Shown here: positions 17,266 to 26,350 of the stretch, one piece after another
How positions within the stretch are numbered: position 1 is the first letter of the stretch
Layout: the number at the start of each line of letters is the position of its first letter
Source of the DNA: Oscillospiraceae bacterium
GTDB taxonomy: Bacteria; Bacillota; Clostridia; Oscillospirales; Ruminococcaceae
DNA: 64,000 nt
Reading direction: 5' to 3'
Assembly (NCBI GenBank): GCA_030153485.1
Contig: JAGUQX010000002.1
Coordinates: forward strand, 26,250 to 90,249
Notes under the pieces: generated by a model
Told to the model about the DNA's origin: nothing
Databases searched by the model: none
What the model saw: the letters and a program-made list of their open reading frames with translations, nothing else
Position numbers and translations under genes: made by a program

Positions 17266-18498
17266 ATGAATAGAATTAAACTAAGAAAGTATGCAGAGCT
17301 GGCTGTAAAGATTGGGGCTAACGTTCAAAAAGGTCAACTTGTTATGATAAACTGTCCTGTAAATAATAGTGAATTTGGAAGAATGATAGCTGAAGAAAGT
17401 TTTAAAGTTGGTGCAAAAGATGTAACAATTTTATGGAATGATGAAGATTTTTCAAAAATTCGTCTTGAAAATGGAGAGCTTGATATATTTGAAGTTGTTC
17501 CACAATATAACATTGATACAAGAAAATATTTTGTGGAAAACAACGCCGCTATAATTAGTGTTTCTTCTTTAAATCCTGAGATATATTTAGGTGTTGATTC
17601 AGAAAAGATAAAAACATTAACTATAGCGAACAATAAAAGTTTTGAATTTTTTTCTAATGCAATTTCTAGAAATAAGCTAAGATGGACAATTGTTGCTGCT
17701 TCTAATAAAGAGTGGGCAAAAAAAGTTTTTCCAGATATCTCAGAAGATGAGGCAGAAGAAAAATTATGGGAATATATATTTAAAGGCACAAGAGTTTCGG
17801 AGGAAGATCCTATACAAAATTGGGAAGATCATAAAAAACATCTAAGTAAAAAGGTTTCATATTTAAACAAACTACAATTTAAAAGTTTAAAATATAAAAA
17901 CAGCTTAGGAACAGATATAAAAATTGAACTTGTTAAAAATCATGTATGGATTGGTGGAAGTTCTAAAGATATAGTCGATAATCTAGAATTTAGTCCTAAT
18001 ATACCGTCTGAAGAAGTTTTTACTATGCCAAATAAAAATGGAACAGATGGAATTGTGTATTCAGCGCTACCGTTAATATATCAGGGAAATATTATAGATG
18101 ATTTTTATTTAAAATTTAAAGATGGTCTGGTTGTTGATTTTGGGGCAAAAAAAGGATATGAAAGTTTAAAAGATTTATTGGGTATAGATGAAGGGGCAAA
18201 AAGATTAGGAGAGGTTGCTTTGGTTCCCTATGGATCGCCAATTTCTGATATGAAGACTTTGTTTTATAATACATTATATGATGAAAATGCGTCTTGCCAT
18301 TTTGCAGTTGGTAGAGCATATGGAACAAATATACAAAATTTTGAAACTATGTCTGAAGATGAAAAAGATAAAAATGGTGTTAATACATCCCTAACACATG
18401 TAGATTTTATGATAGGTACAAAAGATTTAACTATAATAGGAGAGTTGGGGGATGGGACAGAAATTACTGTTTTTGAAAACGGTGGTTGGAAAGAATAG
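17266..18498 (+). CDS. M29-family aminopeptidase (AmpS/PepS type)
   Basis: N-terminus LRKYAELAVKIGANVQKGQ, 410 aa, C-terminal motifs EVALVP..., HFAVGRAY, HVDFMIG typical of family M29. Confidence 0.8.
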   Translation: MNRIKLRKYAELAVKIGANVQKGQLVMINCPVNNSEFGRMIAEESFKVGAKDVTILWNDEDFSKIRLENGELDIFEVVPQYNIDTRKYFVENNAAIISVSSLNPEIYLGVDSEKIKTLTIANNKSFEFFSNAISRNKLRWTIVAASNKEWAKKVFPDISEDEAEEKLWEYIFKGTRVSEEDPIQNWEDHKKHLSKKVSYLNKLQFKSLKYKNSLGTDIKIELVKNHVWIGGSSKDIVDNLEFSPNIPSEEVFTMPNKNGTDGIVYSALPLIYQGNIIDDFYLKFKDGLVVDFGAKKGYESLKDLLGIDEGAKRLGEVALVPYGSPISDMKTLFYNTLYDENASCHFAVGRAYGTNIQNFETMSEDEKDKNGVNTSLTHVDFMIGTKDLTIIGELGDGTEITVFENGGWKE

Positions 18499-18512
18499 AG
18501 AGGTGTTTATTT

Positions 18513-19613
18513 ATGGGGCGTTATAAAATTTGTGTATATGCTATATGCAAAAATGAAAGCAAATTCATAGATAGATGGGTAGACTCTGTAAGAGAAGCCG
18601 ACAAGATATTTGTATTTGATACTGGTTCTACGGATGATAGTGTCAAAAAACTGCTTGATAGAGGTGTTGTTGTAAAACAAGAATTTTTGGATCCTTTTTA
18701 TTTTGATCAGGCAAGAAACAAAGCGTTAGAAATGGTGGACGATGATACTGATATATGCGTTTGTTTAGATTTGGATGAACTTTTTGAAAAAGGTTGGAGA
18801 GATTTAGTGGAAAAGAGTTGGACGCCAGAAACAGTTGTAGGGAGATATAAATTTGTTTCACACTTTTTTGAAGACGGAAGAGAAAATAGAACTTTTTTAA
18901 ATGAAAAAATCCATGTAAAAGAAGATTTTGTTTGGGAATATCCAATACATGAGTGTTTGATTTATACAGGTAAGTCTAAAAAAGTTCGTACTATGCTTGA
19001 AGGGGTTTTTTTAGGACATTATCCGGATACTACGAAATCTAGAGATTTTTATCTAGGAATTATGGAGGATAGAGTTAAATTTAAACCTGAGGATTCTAGA
19101 ACAAAATACAAATTGGCAAAAGAATATTTTGTTAGAAGAGAATGGGGAAAATGCATACAGACGTCTAAAGAATATTTAGAGATGCCAACAAGCACCTATG
19201 ATAATCAACGAGGATCTGCTATGCGGTCTATGGCTTCTTCTTATAAAATTTTAGGAGATATACAAAGTGCAATATATTGGAGCGGTATTGCATGTTTAGA
19301 AACACCATTGTTGCGAGAACCTTTTTTAGATTCTGCAAAGCTTTGGTTTTATCAAAAAAAAGATATTGAAAAATCAGAATATTATATTGATAAGGCTTTA
19401 GATATAAATTTTAGAGGACAGAATTATTTTCTGGCAGAAGGTTCGTCTTGGGGATATTATATATACCAACTTGGGGCTAGTATAAAATATAGGCTAAAAA
19501 AATATCAGAGGGCATATGAACTTATATTGATTGCAAAAGATATGAACCCAGATGATGAAAAGATAAAAACTTCATATGACGTTATAAAATATAAGGCTAC
19601 AAAATATTATTAA
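18513..19613 (+). CDS. Family 2 glycosyltransferase domain fused to TPR-like helical repeats
   Basis: ICVYAICKNESKFIDRW...FVFDTGSTDDS, ARNKA, DxD-like CLDLDE. The C-terminal half is helical-repeat-like. ATG 18513 is 9 nt after GAGAGG, and the track start TTG 18486 overlaps the aminopeptidase. Confidence 0.6.
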   Translation: MGRYKICVYAICKNESKFIDRWVDSVREADKIFVFDTGSTDDSVKKLLDRGVVVKQEFLDPFYFDQARNKALEMVDDDTDICVCLDLDELFEKGWRDLVEKSWTPETVVGRYKFVSHFFEDGRENRTFLNEKIHVKEDFVWEYPIHECLIYTGKSKKVRTMLEGVFLGHYPDTTKSRDFYLGIMEDRVKFKPEDSRTKYKLAKEYFVRREWGKCIQTSKEYLEMPTSTYDNQRGSAMRSMASSYKILGDIQSAIYWSGIACLETPLLREPFLDSAKLWFYQKKDIEKSEYYIDKALDINFRGQNYFLAEGSSWGYYIYQLGASIKYRLKKYQRAYELILIAKDMNPDDEKIKTSYDVIKYKATKYY

Positions 19614-19639
19614 AAATAGGTTAATAGGAGAAGGTAAAT

Positions 19640-21433
19640 ATGATAGATGAAATGACGGATTTAAAAAGAACCCACTATTCGACAGAATTGTCGGGTAAAG
19701 ATATTTCTAAGACTGTGGTTGTTTGTGGATTTGTTCAAAAAGTTCGAGATAAAGGAAATTTAGTTTTTGTAGATCTTAGGGATAGAACAGGTATTATACA
19801 ACTTTCTTTTAATGATAAGACAGAAAAATTAGTTATTACAAAGGCAAAAACACTTAAGTCTGAGTATGTTATTGTTGCTAGAGGTGTTGTTGTTTCTAGA
19901 GAGAGCGTAAATAAAGATATAGAGACAGGAGACATAGAAATTATTGTAGAAGATATTAAGATTTTGTCTATTTCTAAAACTCCGCCTTTTCATATATCAG
20001 ATGATGTAAATGTAAATGATGAGCTTAGATTAAAGTATAGATATCTAGATCTTAGAAGACCAGAGCTTCAAAAAACTATTATGATGAGACATAAGATAAC
20101 AAAATGTGTTAGAGATTTTTTTGATAAAGAGAAGTTTTTAGAGATAGAAACGCCTCTTTTAATAAAATCAACCCCAGAGGGAGCAAGGGATTATTTAGTT
20201 CCTTCTAGGGTTCATAAAGGCAGCTTTTTTGCTCTTCCACAATCGCCACAACTATATAAACAGCTTCTTATGGTTTCTGGATATGATAGATATTTTCAGA
20301 TAGCAAGATGTTTTAGAGATGAAGATCTTAGAGCAGATCGCCAGCCAGAATTTACCCAGATAGATGTTGAGATGAGCTTTGTAGATCAACAAGATGTGAT
20401 AAATATTAATGAAAAGTTTATAGAATATATATTTAAACATATTTTAGATAAAGATATCTCTCTTCCAATCCCTAGGATGGCATATAAAGAGGCGATGGAA
20501 AGATTTGGTTCGGATAAACCAGATATTAGATTTGGTTTAGAACTTGTAGATATATCTGATATAGTTGTAAAGAGTGATTTCAAAGTTTTTTCTGGTGCGG
20601 TAGAATCTGGTGGGTCTGTTCGTGGAATAAATATATCTGGAGGGTTTGATAGAATTTCTAGAAAAGATATAGACAAGCTTACAGTTTTTGCAAAGACTTA
20701 TAAAGCAAAAGGAGTTGCTTTTACTAGAATAGGGAATGACAATATTAGTAGTTCTAGTTATGAAAAATTTTTATCTCAAGATATAATAGACCAGGTAAGG
20801 AATAGGTTTTTAGCAAAACCAGGTGATGTTATACTTATCGTTGGAGACACTAAAGATGATATTGTTTTTGATAGTCTTGGAGCTCTTCGTTTAGAAATTG
20901 CTAAAAAACTTGACATTATAAAAAGTGGAACTTTTGCACCTCTATGGGTTACAGATTTTCCTTTATTTGAATATGACGAAGAAAAAAATAGACTTGTTGC
21001 AAAGCATCACCCATTTACATCGGTTAAACATGAGGATATAAAAAAACTTGATGATAAACCTCTAGAATGTAGAGCCAACGCGTATGATTTTATTTTAAAT
21101 GGTTGTGAAATTGGCGGAGGATCTATTCGTATAAGTGATAGTGATATGCAATCTAAGATGTTTAATCTTATGGGTTTTGAACAACAAGAGATAGATGATC
21201 GTTTTGGATTTTTGTTAGAAGCTTTTAAATATGGAGTTCCTCCCCATGGTGGAATAGCATATGGGTTGGATAGACTTGTGATGATTCTTTTAGAAAAGGA
21301 TAGTATAAAAGATGTTATTGCTTTTCCAAAAGTTCAAAATTCTAGCGAACTTATGTCAGGTTGTCCCAGTATGGTTGACAAAAATCAACTAGAAGAATTA
21401 GGGATAGAATGTCAAATAAAAGAAAAAGAATAG
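19640..21433 (+). CDS. aspS: Aspartate--tRNA ligase
   Basis: OB-fold N-domain, FQIARCFRDEDLRADRQPEFTQID, GGGSIRI, GIAYGLDR. Confidence 0.95.
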   Translation: MIDEMTDLKRTHYSTELSGKDISKTVVVCGFVQKVRDKGNLVFVDLRDRTGIIQLSFNDKTEKLVITKAKTLKSEYVIVARGVVVSRESVNKDIETGDIEIIVEDIKILSISKTPPFHISDDVNVNDELRLKYRYLDLRRPELQKTIMMRHKITKCVRDFFDKEKFLEIETPLLIKSTPEGARDYLVPSRVHKGSFFALPQSPQLYKQLLMVSGYDRYFQIARCFRDEDLRADRQPEFTQIDVEMSFVDQQDVININEKFIEYIFKHILDKDISLPIPRMAYKEAMERFGSDKPDIRFGLELVDISDIVVKSDFKVFSGAVESGGSVRGINISGGFDRISRKDIDKLTVFAKTYKAKGVAFTRIGNDNISSSSYEKFLSQDIIDQVRNRFLAKPGDVILIVGDTKDDIVFDSLGALRLEIAKKLDIIKSGTFAPLWVTDFPLFEYDEEKNRLVAKHHPFTSVKHEDIKKLDDKPLECRANAYDFILNGCEIGGGSIRISDSDMQSKMFNLMGFEQQEIDDRFGFLLEAFKYGVPPHGGIAYGLDRLVMILLEKDSIKDVIAFPKVQNSSELMSGCPSMVDKNQLEELGIECQIKEKE

Positions 21434-21460
21434 CTATATAGCTATTCTTTTTCTTTTATT
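21415..21460. terminator. 46-bp perfect palindrome, bidirectional terminator between aspS and gdhA
   Basis: 21415..21437 is the reverse complement of 21438..21460. It contains the aspS stop codon (21431-21433). Confidence 0.7.
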
Positions 21461-21474
21461 AAATTATATAATTT

Positions 21475-22821
21475 TTATAGTATACCTTGTTTAGCCATAG
21501 CGGTTGCCACTTTATGAAATCCAGCAATATTGGATCCAATAACAAGATTATTATGATGATTATATTTTATAGAGGTGTCGTTAGAAGATTTAAATATATT
21601 TTTCATAATAGTTTCAAGTTTTTTATCAACAGTTTCGAAATTCCAGCTATCTCTAATCGAATTTTGTGACATCTCCAATCCTGAAGTTGCAACACCGCCA
21701 GCATTTGCTGCTTTTCCAGGGGCGAATGATATATTATTTTCTAAAAAAAGATGAACAGCTTGCTCACAGCAAGGCATATTCGCGCCTTCTGCAACAGCGA
21801 TAACACCATTTTTTATTAAAATTTTAGCATCATTAATAGATAGTTCATTTTGTGTTGCACATGGGAGGGCTATATCACAAGGGATAGACCAGATAGATTT
21901 TTCTGAAGTTGGATAAAATTCTGCAGAATTGTCTAGATTTATATATTCTGATATTCTTTGTCTATTAACCTCTTTTATAGATATAATATGAGAAAGGATT
22001 ATACCATTTTTAGCATATATAAATCCACTAGAATCAGACATAGCAACGACACAAGCACCCATTTGTATTGCTTTTTCAGCAGCATAGATTGCTACGTTTC
22101 CAGAACCAGAAATAACAATTTTTTTATCTTTAATATCTTGTTTATTTATATTTTCAAGCATCTCTTTTGTAAAATAAAGCAATCCATATCCTGTGGCTTG
22201 TTTTCTAACAAGAGATCCACCAAATTCTAAACTTTTTCCTGTTAAAATTCCTGTAAATTCGGATTTTATTCTTTTATATTGTCCAAACATATATCCGATT
22301 TCTCTCTCTCCAACTCCTATATCTCCCGCGGGGATATCTGTATTAGGCCCAATATATTTAGAAAGTTCTGTCATAAAACTTTGGCAAAATCGCATGATTT
22401 CTCCATCAGATTTTCCTTTTGGATTAAAATCAGATCCGCCTTTTCCTCCTCCAAGAGGAAGACCAGTAAGACTATTTTTAAATATTTGTTCGAATCCTAA
22501 AAACTTTATAATAGATGGATTTACAGAGGGATGGAAACGCAAACCCCCTTTATATGGCCCTAAAGCAGAGTTGAATTGAACTCTATAACCTGTATTAACA
22601 TCTATTGTTGTGTCGTCTTTTTGATAGGCAACACGAAATTCTATAAGTCTTTCTGGTATAATTATTCTTTCTAATATTCCTGATTTTATTATATAAGCGT
22701 TTTCCTGTATATATGTTTTTAGAGAAGATAAAACTTCTTTAACGGCTTGAATAAATTCCAATTGGTGCCCATTTTTAAATTTTAAATTATCAATAATAGA
22801 GTTTATAAATTTGTTTATCAT
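21475..22821 (-). CDS. gdhA: NADP-specific glutamate dehydrogenase
   Basis: GPYKGGLRFHP, LPLGGGKGGSDFNPKGKS, GSGNVA Rossmann motif. ATG 22821 (MINKFINS...) follows an SD-like GAGG, and the track adds 13 unconserved residues. Confidence 0.9.
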   Translation of the reverse strand: MINKFINSIIDNLKFKNGHQLEFIQAVKEVLSSLKTYIQENAYIIKSGILERIIIPERLIEFRVAYQKDDTTIDVNTGYRVQFNSALGPYKGGLRFHPSVNPSIIKFLGFEQIFKNSLTGLPLGGGKGGSDFNPKGKSDGEIMRFCQSFMTELSKYIGPNTDIPAGDIGVGEREIGYMFGQYKRIKSEFTGILTGKSLEFGGSLVRKQATGYGLLYFTKEMLENINKQDIKDKKIVISGSGNVAIYAAEKAIQMGACVVAMSDSSGFIYAKNGIILSHIISIKEVNRQRISEYINLDNSAEFYPTSEKSIWSIPCDIALPCATQNELSINDAKILIKNGVIAVAEGANMPCCEQAVHLFLENNISFAPGKAANAGGVATSGLEMSQNSIRDSWNFETVDKKLETIMKNIFKSSNDTSIKYNHHNNLVIGSNIAGFHKVATAMAKQGIL

Positions 22822-23007
22822 AAAAAACCTCGTTTCTTTAAAATTTATATATCTATACATTATAATATATAATATAAAAAATATGTAGAAAAGTTTAAAT
22901 AAATCTTAAAGATATCGTATTTATTCTTTTCAAATTTTATTTATTGGTATATAATAAAATAAGAGTTACTAGTTTAATAATATAGGCTTTAAGAGAGAGG
23001 TATAATT

Positions 23008-23595
23008 ATGCTTTCAAAAGATAATATAAATGATATACTAAAACAAGCTAATGTTTTGCTAGAAGGACATTTTTTACTTACATCTGGAAAACATAGTGAA
23101 AAATATTTACAGTGTGCGAACATTTTTAGAAATACAAAATATGCAGAAATATTGTCTAAAGAACTTTGGGAAAGATTTAAAGATATAGAAGTTGATCTTA
23201 TAGTTGGTCCAGCTTTGGGAGCGGTTCAGATGGCATACGAAGTTTCTAGACATTTTGGAGTTGAAAACTTTTTTACAGAAAGAAATGCAGAAGGCAAGAT
23301 GTTTTTAGGAAGAAGTTTTGAGATAAAAAAAGGAGCAAAAGTTTTAGTTGTTGAAGATGTTATAACAACAGGTGGATCTGTTAGAGAGGTTATACAAGTT
23401 ATAAAAGAGCAAGGCGGAATTGTTGTTGGAGTTGGGTCTATAGTTGATAGAACTGGGGGGAAAGTTGATTTTTCTGTCCCTCTAAAAAGTGTTATAACTG
23501 TGGAAGTGGAAGCTTTTGATCCGTTAGAGTGTCCTATATGTAAAAAAACTGATAGACCTCTTGTAAAACCAGGAAGCAGAATCTTTAAAAAATAG
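23008..23595 (+). CDS. pyrE: Orotate phosphoribosyltransferase
   Basis: LLEGHFLLTSGKHS, PRPP loop VLVVEDVITTGGS. Confidence 0.85.
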   Translation: MLSKDNINDILKQANVLLEGHFLLTSGKHSEKYLQCANIFRNTKYAEILSKELWERFKDIEVDLIVGPALGAVQMAYEVSRHFGVENFFTERNAEGKMFLGRSFEIKKGAKVLVVEDVITTGGSVREVIQVIKEQGGIVVGVGSIVDRTGGKVDFSVPLKSVITVEVEAFDPLECPICKKTDRPLVKPGSRIFKK

Positions 23596-23607
23596 GGGTC
23601 TTAATAA

Positions 23608-24309
23608 ATGGCAGATAATATACATGGTGGTCATAGACAAAGACTAAAGGATAGATTTATAAAAGATGGTCTAGACTCTTTTGAGCCCCACAATATATTA
23701 GAATTATTATTATTTTTTGGGATATCTAGAGCGGATACTAATAAAATTTCTCATAATTTAATAGATATGTTCGGATCTCTTTCTGGTGTTTTTGATGCGC
23801 CACTTGAAGAATTAGTTAAAGTTGATGGAGTTGGCAAAAGTATAGCAACTTTGATAAAACTAATTCCAGAGATTAGTAGGATGTATATGATTGATAAATG
23901 TGATGTAAAACAGCATTTAAATACCACAAAAAAGGTTGGAGATTTTCTTCTTCCAAAATTTATAGGAAGAACAACAGAGGTTGTCTATCTTATATGTTTA
24001 GATAATTCTTGTAAAGTTCTTCATTGTGGAATATTATTTGAAGGAACTGTGAATGCTGCTAGTATAAGTATACGAAAAATTATAGAAGTTGCTATAAAAT
24101 TTAATGCTAGCAATATAATCTTATCTCATAATCACCCAACTGGAGTTGCTCTTCCTTCAAACGAAGACATAGTTACAACTGATAGAGTTGTAAAAGCTTT
24201 AAGAGTTATAGGGATAAGTCTTTTAGATCATATTATAGTTGCTAAAAATGATTTTGTTTCTCTGGCTGATAGTGGACATCTTTCGTTTATAAAGGGAGAT
24301 ATAATATAA
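23608..24309 (+). CDS. radC: RadC-family JAB/MPN domain protein
   Basis: N-terminal HhH region (GHRQRLKDRF) and C-terminal JAMM motif LSHNHPTG. Confidence 0.85.
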   Translation: MADNIHGGHRQRLKDRFIKDGLDSFEPHNILELLLFFGISRADTNKISHNLIDMFGSLSGVFDAPLEELVKVDGVGKSIATLIKLIPEISRMYMIDKCDVKQHLNTTKKVGDFLLPKFIGRTTEVVYLICLDNSCKVLHCGILFEGTVNAASISIRKIIEVAIKFNASNIILSHNHPTGVALPSNEDIVTTDRVVKALRVIGISLLDHIIVAKNDFVSLADSGHLSFIKGDII

Positions 24310-24314
24310 AAATG

Positions 24315-24348
24315 AGGTTAGTTTGAAAATATATTTTCAAACTAACCT
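24315..24348. terminator. 34-bp perfect palindrome between radC and uvrB (terminator and/or operator)
   Basis: AGGTTAGTTTGAAAATAT|ATATTTTCAAACTAACCT, verified base by base. It ends 20 nt before the uvrB ATG. Confidence 0.5.
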
Positions 24349-24368
24349 TTTAAATAAGGGGGATATAT

Positions 24369-26327
24369 ATGGAAAAATTTCAGCTTGTTTCAGAGTATAA
24401 GCCAACAGGAGATCAACCAAAGGCGATTAAAAAATTGGTGGAAGGGATAGAAAAAGGATTTAGAGAACAAACTTTATTAGGGGTTACGGGGTCTGGAAAA
24501 ACTTATACTATGGCAAATGTTATAGAAAAAATAGGAAAACCAACACTAGTTTTAGCACATAATAAAACTTTGGCAGCACAATTATGCAGTGAATTTAAAG
24601 AGTTTTTTCCAAACAATTCTGTAGAATATTTTGTTAGTTATTATGACTATTATCAACCTGAGGCATATGTAGCCTCTACAGATACTTATATAGAAAAAGA
24701 CAGTGCTATAAATGATGAGATAGAGAAGCTTCGACATTCTGCTACAAACTCTATAGCGGAAAGAAAAGATTTAATAGTTGTAGCTAGTGTTTCTTGTATA
24801 TATAGTTTGGGAAATCCGATAGATTATAAAAACATGGTTATATCTTTGAGAGAAGGGATGGAAAAGAATAGAGATGAGCTTATAAGAAAGCTAATAGATA
24901 TACAATATGAGAGAAATGATGTAAATTTTCAGAAGAACAAATTTCGTGTTCGAGGAGATGTGATAGAGATCTACCCTCCTTATTCTAAAGGACAGATTAT
25001 AAGGGTAGATTTTTTTGGAGATGAGATAGAAAAGATAAGTGAGATAAATCCTCTAACTGGGGAGATTTTACAGGGAGTGTCTCATGTTGCAATCTATCCT
25101 GCATCTCACTATATATTTGAAAGAGAAAAAATAAATATAGCTATAAAAGAGATAGAAGATGAGCTGGCGGATAGGATAAAATATTTTGAAGATAATGAAA
25201 TGTTGTTGGAGGCACAGAGGATAAAACAGAGGACAATGTATGATCTTGAGATGTTGTTGGAGATTGGGTTTTGTAAAGGTGTAGAAAATTATTCTAGAGT
25301 TTTATCAGGAAGACCAGAAGGAAGTGTTCCATATTCTCTTATTGACCATTTTCCAGAAGATTTTTTGATGATAGTTGATGAGTCACATGTTATGCTGCCA
25401 CAGATTAGGGGGATGTTTGGAGGGGACTATGCAAGAAAAAAGATGTTGGTGGATTATGGTTTTAGGCTTCCGTCAGCTTTTGATAATAGACCGTTAAATT
25501 TTGATGAATTTTATAAAAAGATAAATCAAGCAGTTTATGTATCCGCAACTCCTGCAGATTTTGAAAAAGAACATAGTAGCCAGATAGTTCAACAGGTTAT
25601 AAGACCGACTGGTTTGCTGGATCCTACTATAGACGTTAAGCTAATTCAGGGTCAGATAGAAGATATTTTATTTCAAATAAATGAGAGGATAAAAAAAGAT
25701 GAAAGAGTATTTATAACAACACTAACTAAAAAGATGTCAGAAGATCTTACAAATTTTCTTTTAGACCATGGGATAAAGGTTAAATACATCCATTGTGATA
25801 TAGACACAATGGAAAGGATGGAAATTTTAAGAGACTTAAGGCTAGGAAAATTTGATGTATTAATAGGTATAAACCTTTTAAGAGAGGGAATAGATATCCC
25901 TGAGGTGTCTTTAGTTTGTATCCTTGATGCAGATAAACAAGGATTTTTAAGAAGCGAGAGTGCACTTATACAAACAATAGGAAGAGCAGCGAGAAATAGC
26001 AATGGACATGTTATAATGTATGCAGATATTGTGACAAATGCAATGGAAAAAGCAATAACAGAGACACAAAGAAGACGAGAGATTCAGATAAAATATAATA
26101 TAGAAAACGGTATAACGCCAACGACTATAAAAAAAGATATTAGAGATATTATCGAGATAAGTAAAAAAAATAAAAAAACTAAACAAGACGTTTCAAAAAT
26201 GAGTATAGAAGAAAAACAAAAACTTATTATCACATTAAAAAAAGATATGAAAGAAGCGGCAAGGCTTTTAGAATTTGAGCATGCTGCATTTTTAAGAGAT
26301 AGATTAAAAGAGGTAGAAGGTAGTTAG
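24369..26327 (+). CDS. uvrB: Excinuclease ABC subunit B
   Basis: [12 protein letters not shown], helicase motifs, C-terminal UVR domain ([11 protein letters not shown]). Confidence 0.97.
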   Translation: MEKFQLVSEYKPTGDQPKAIKKLVEGIEKGFREQTLLGVTGSGKTYTMANVIEKIGKPTLVLAHNKTLAAQLCSEFKEFFPNNSVEYFVSYYDYYQPEAYVASTDTYIEKDSAINDEIEKLRHSATNSIAERKDLIVVASVSCIYSLGNPIDYKNMVISLREGMEKNRDELIRKLIDIQYERNDVNFQKNKFRVRGDVIEIYPPYSKGQIIRVDFFGDEIEKISEINPLTGEILQGVSHVAIYPASHYIFEREKINIAIKEIEDELADRIKYFEDNEMLLEAQRIKQRTMYDLEMLLEIGFCKGVENYSRVLSGRPEGSVPYSLIDHFPEDFLMIVDESHVMLPQIRGMFGGDYARKKMLVDYGFRLPSAFDNRPLNFDEFYKKINQAVYVSATPADFEKEHSSQIVQQVIRPTGLLDPTIDVKLIQGQIEDILFQINERIKKDERVFITTLTKKMSEDLTNFLLDHGIKVKYIHCDIDTMERMEILRDLRLGKFDVLIGINLLREGIDIPEVSLVCILDADKQGFLRSESALIQTIGRAARNSNGHVIMYADIVTNAMEKAITETQRRREIQIKYNIENGITPTTIKKDIRDIIEISKKNKKTKQDVSKMSIEEKQKLIITLKKDMKEAARLLEFEHAAFLRDRLKEVEGS

Positions 26328-26350
26328 AAAGATAGATAGAAGGTGGATAT

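Noticed and set aside
18513-19613. Possible horizontally acquired island (GT2-TPR gene interrupting hisS...aspS), and apparent GC differences along the window.
   Set aside because: By eye its composition and codon style match the flanking aminopeptidase and aspS genes. There are no flanking repeats, tRNA or integrase genes. I cannot compute GC windows reliably here, so no claim is made.
22975-23007. GGCTTTAAGAGAGAGGTAT upstream of pyrE, which resembles the PyrR-binding loop (..CCAGAGAGG..).
   Set aside because: The match is essentially just the Shine-Dalgarno region. There is no terminator/antiterminator pair and the leader is short.
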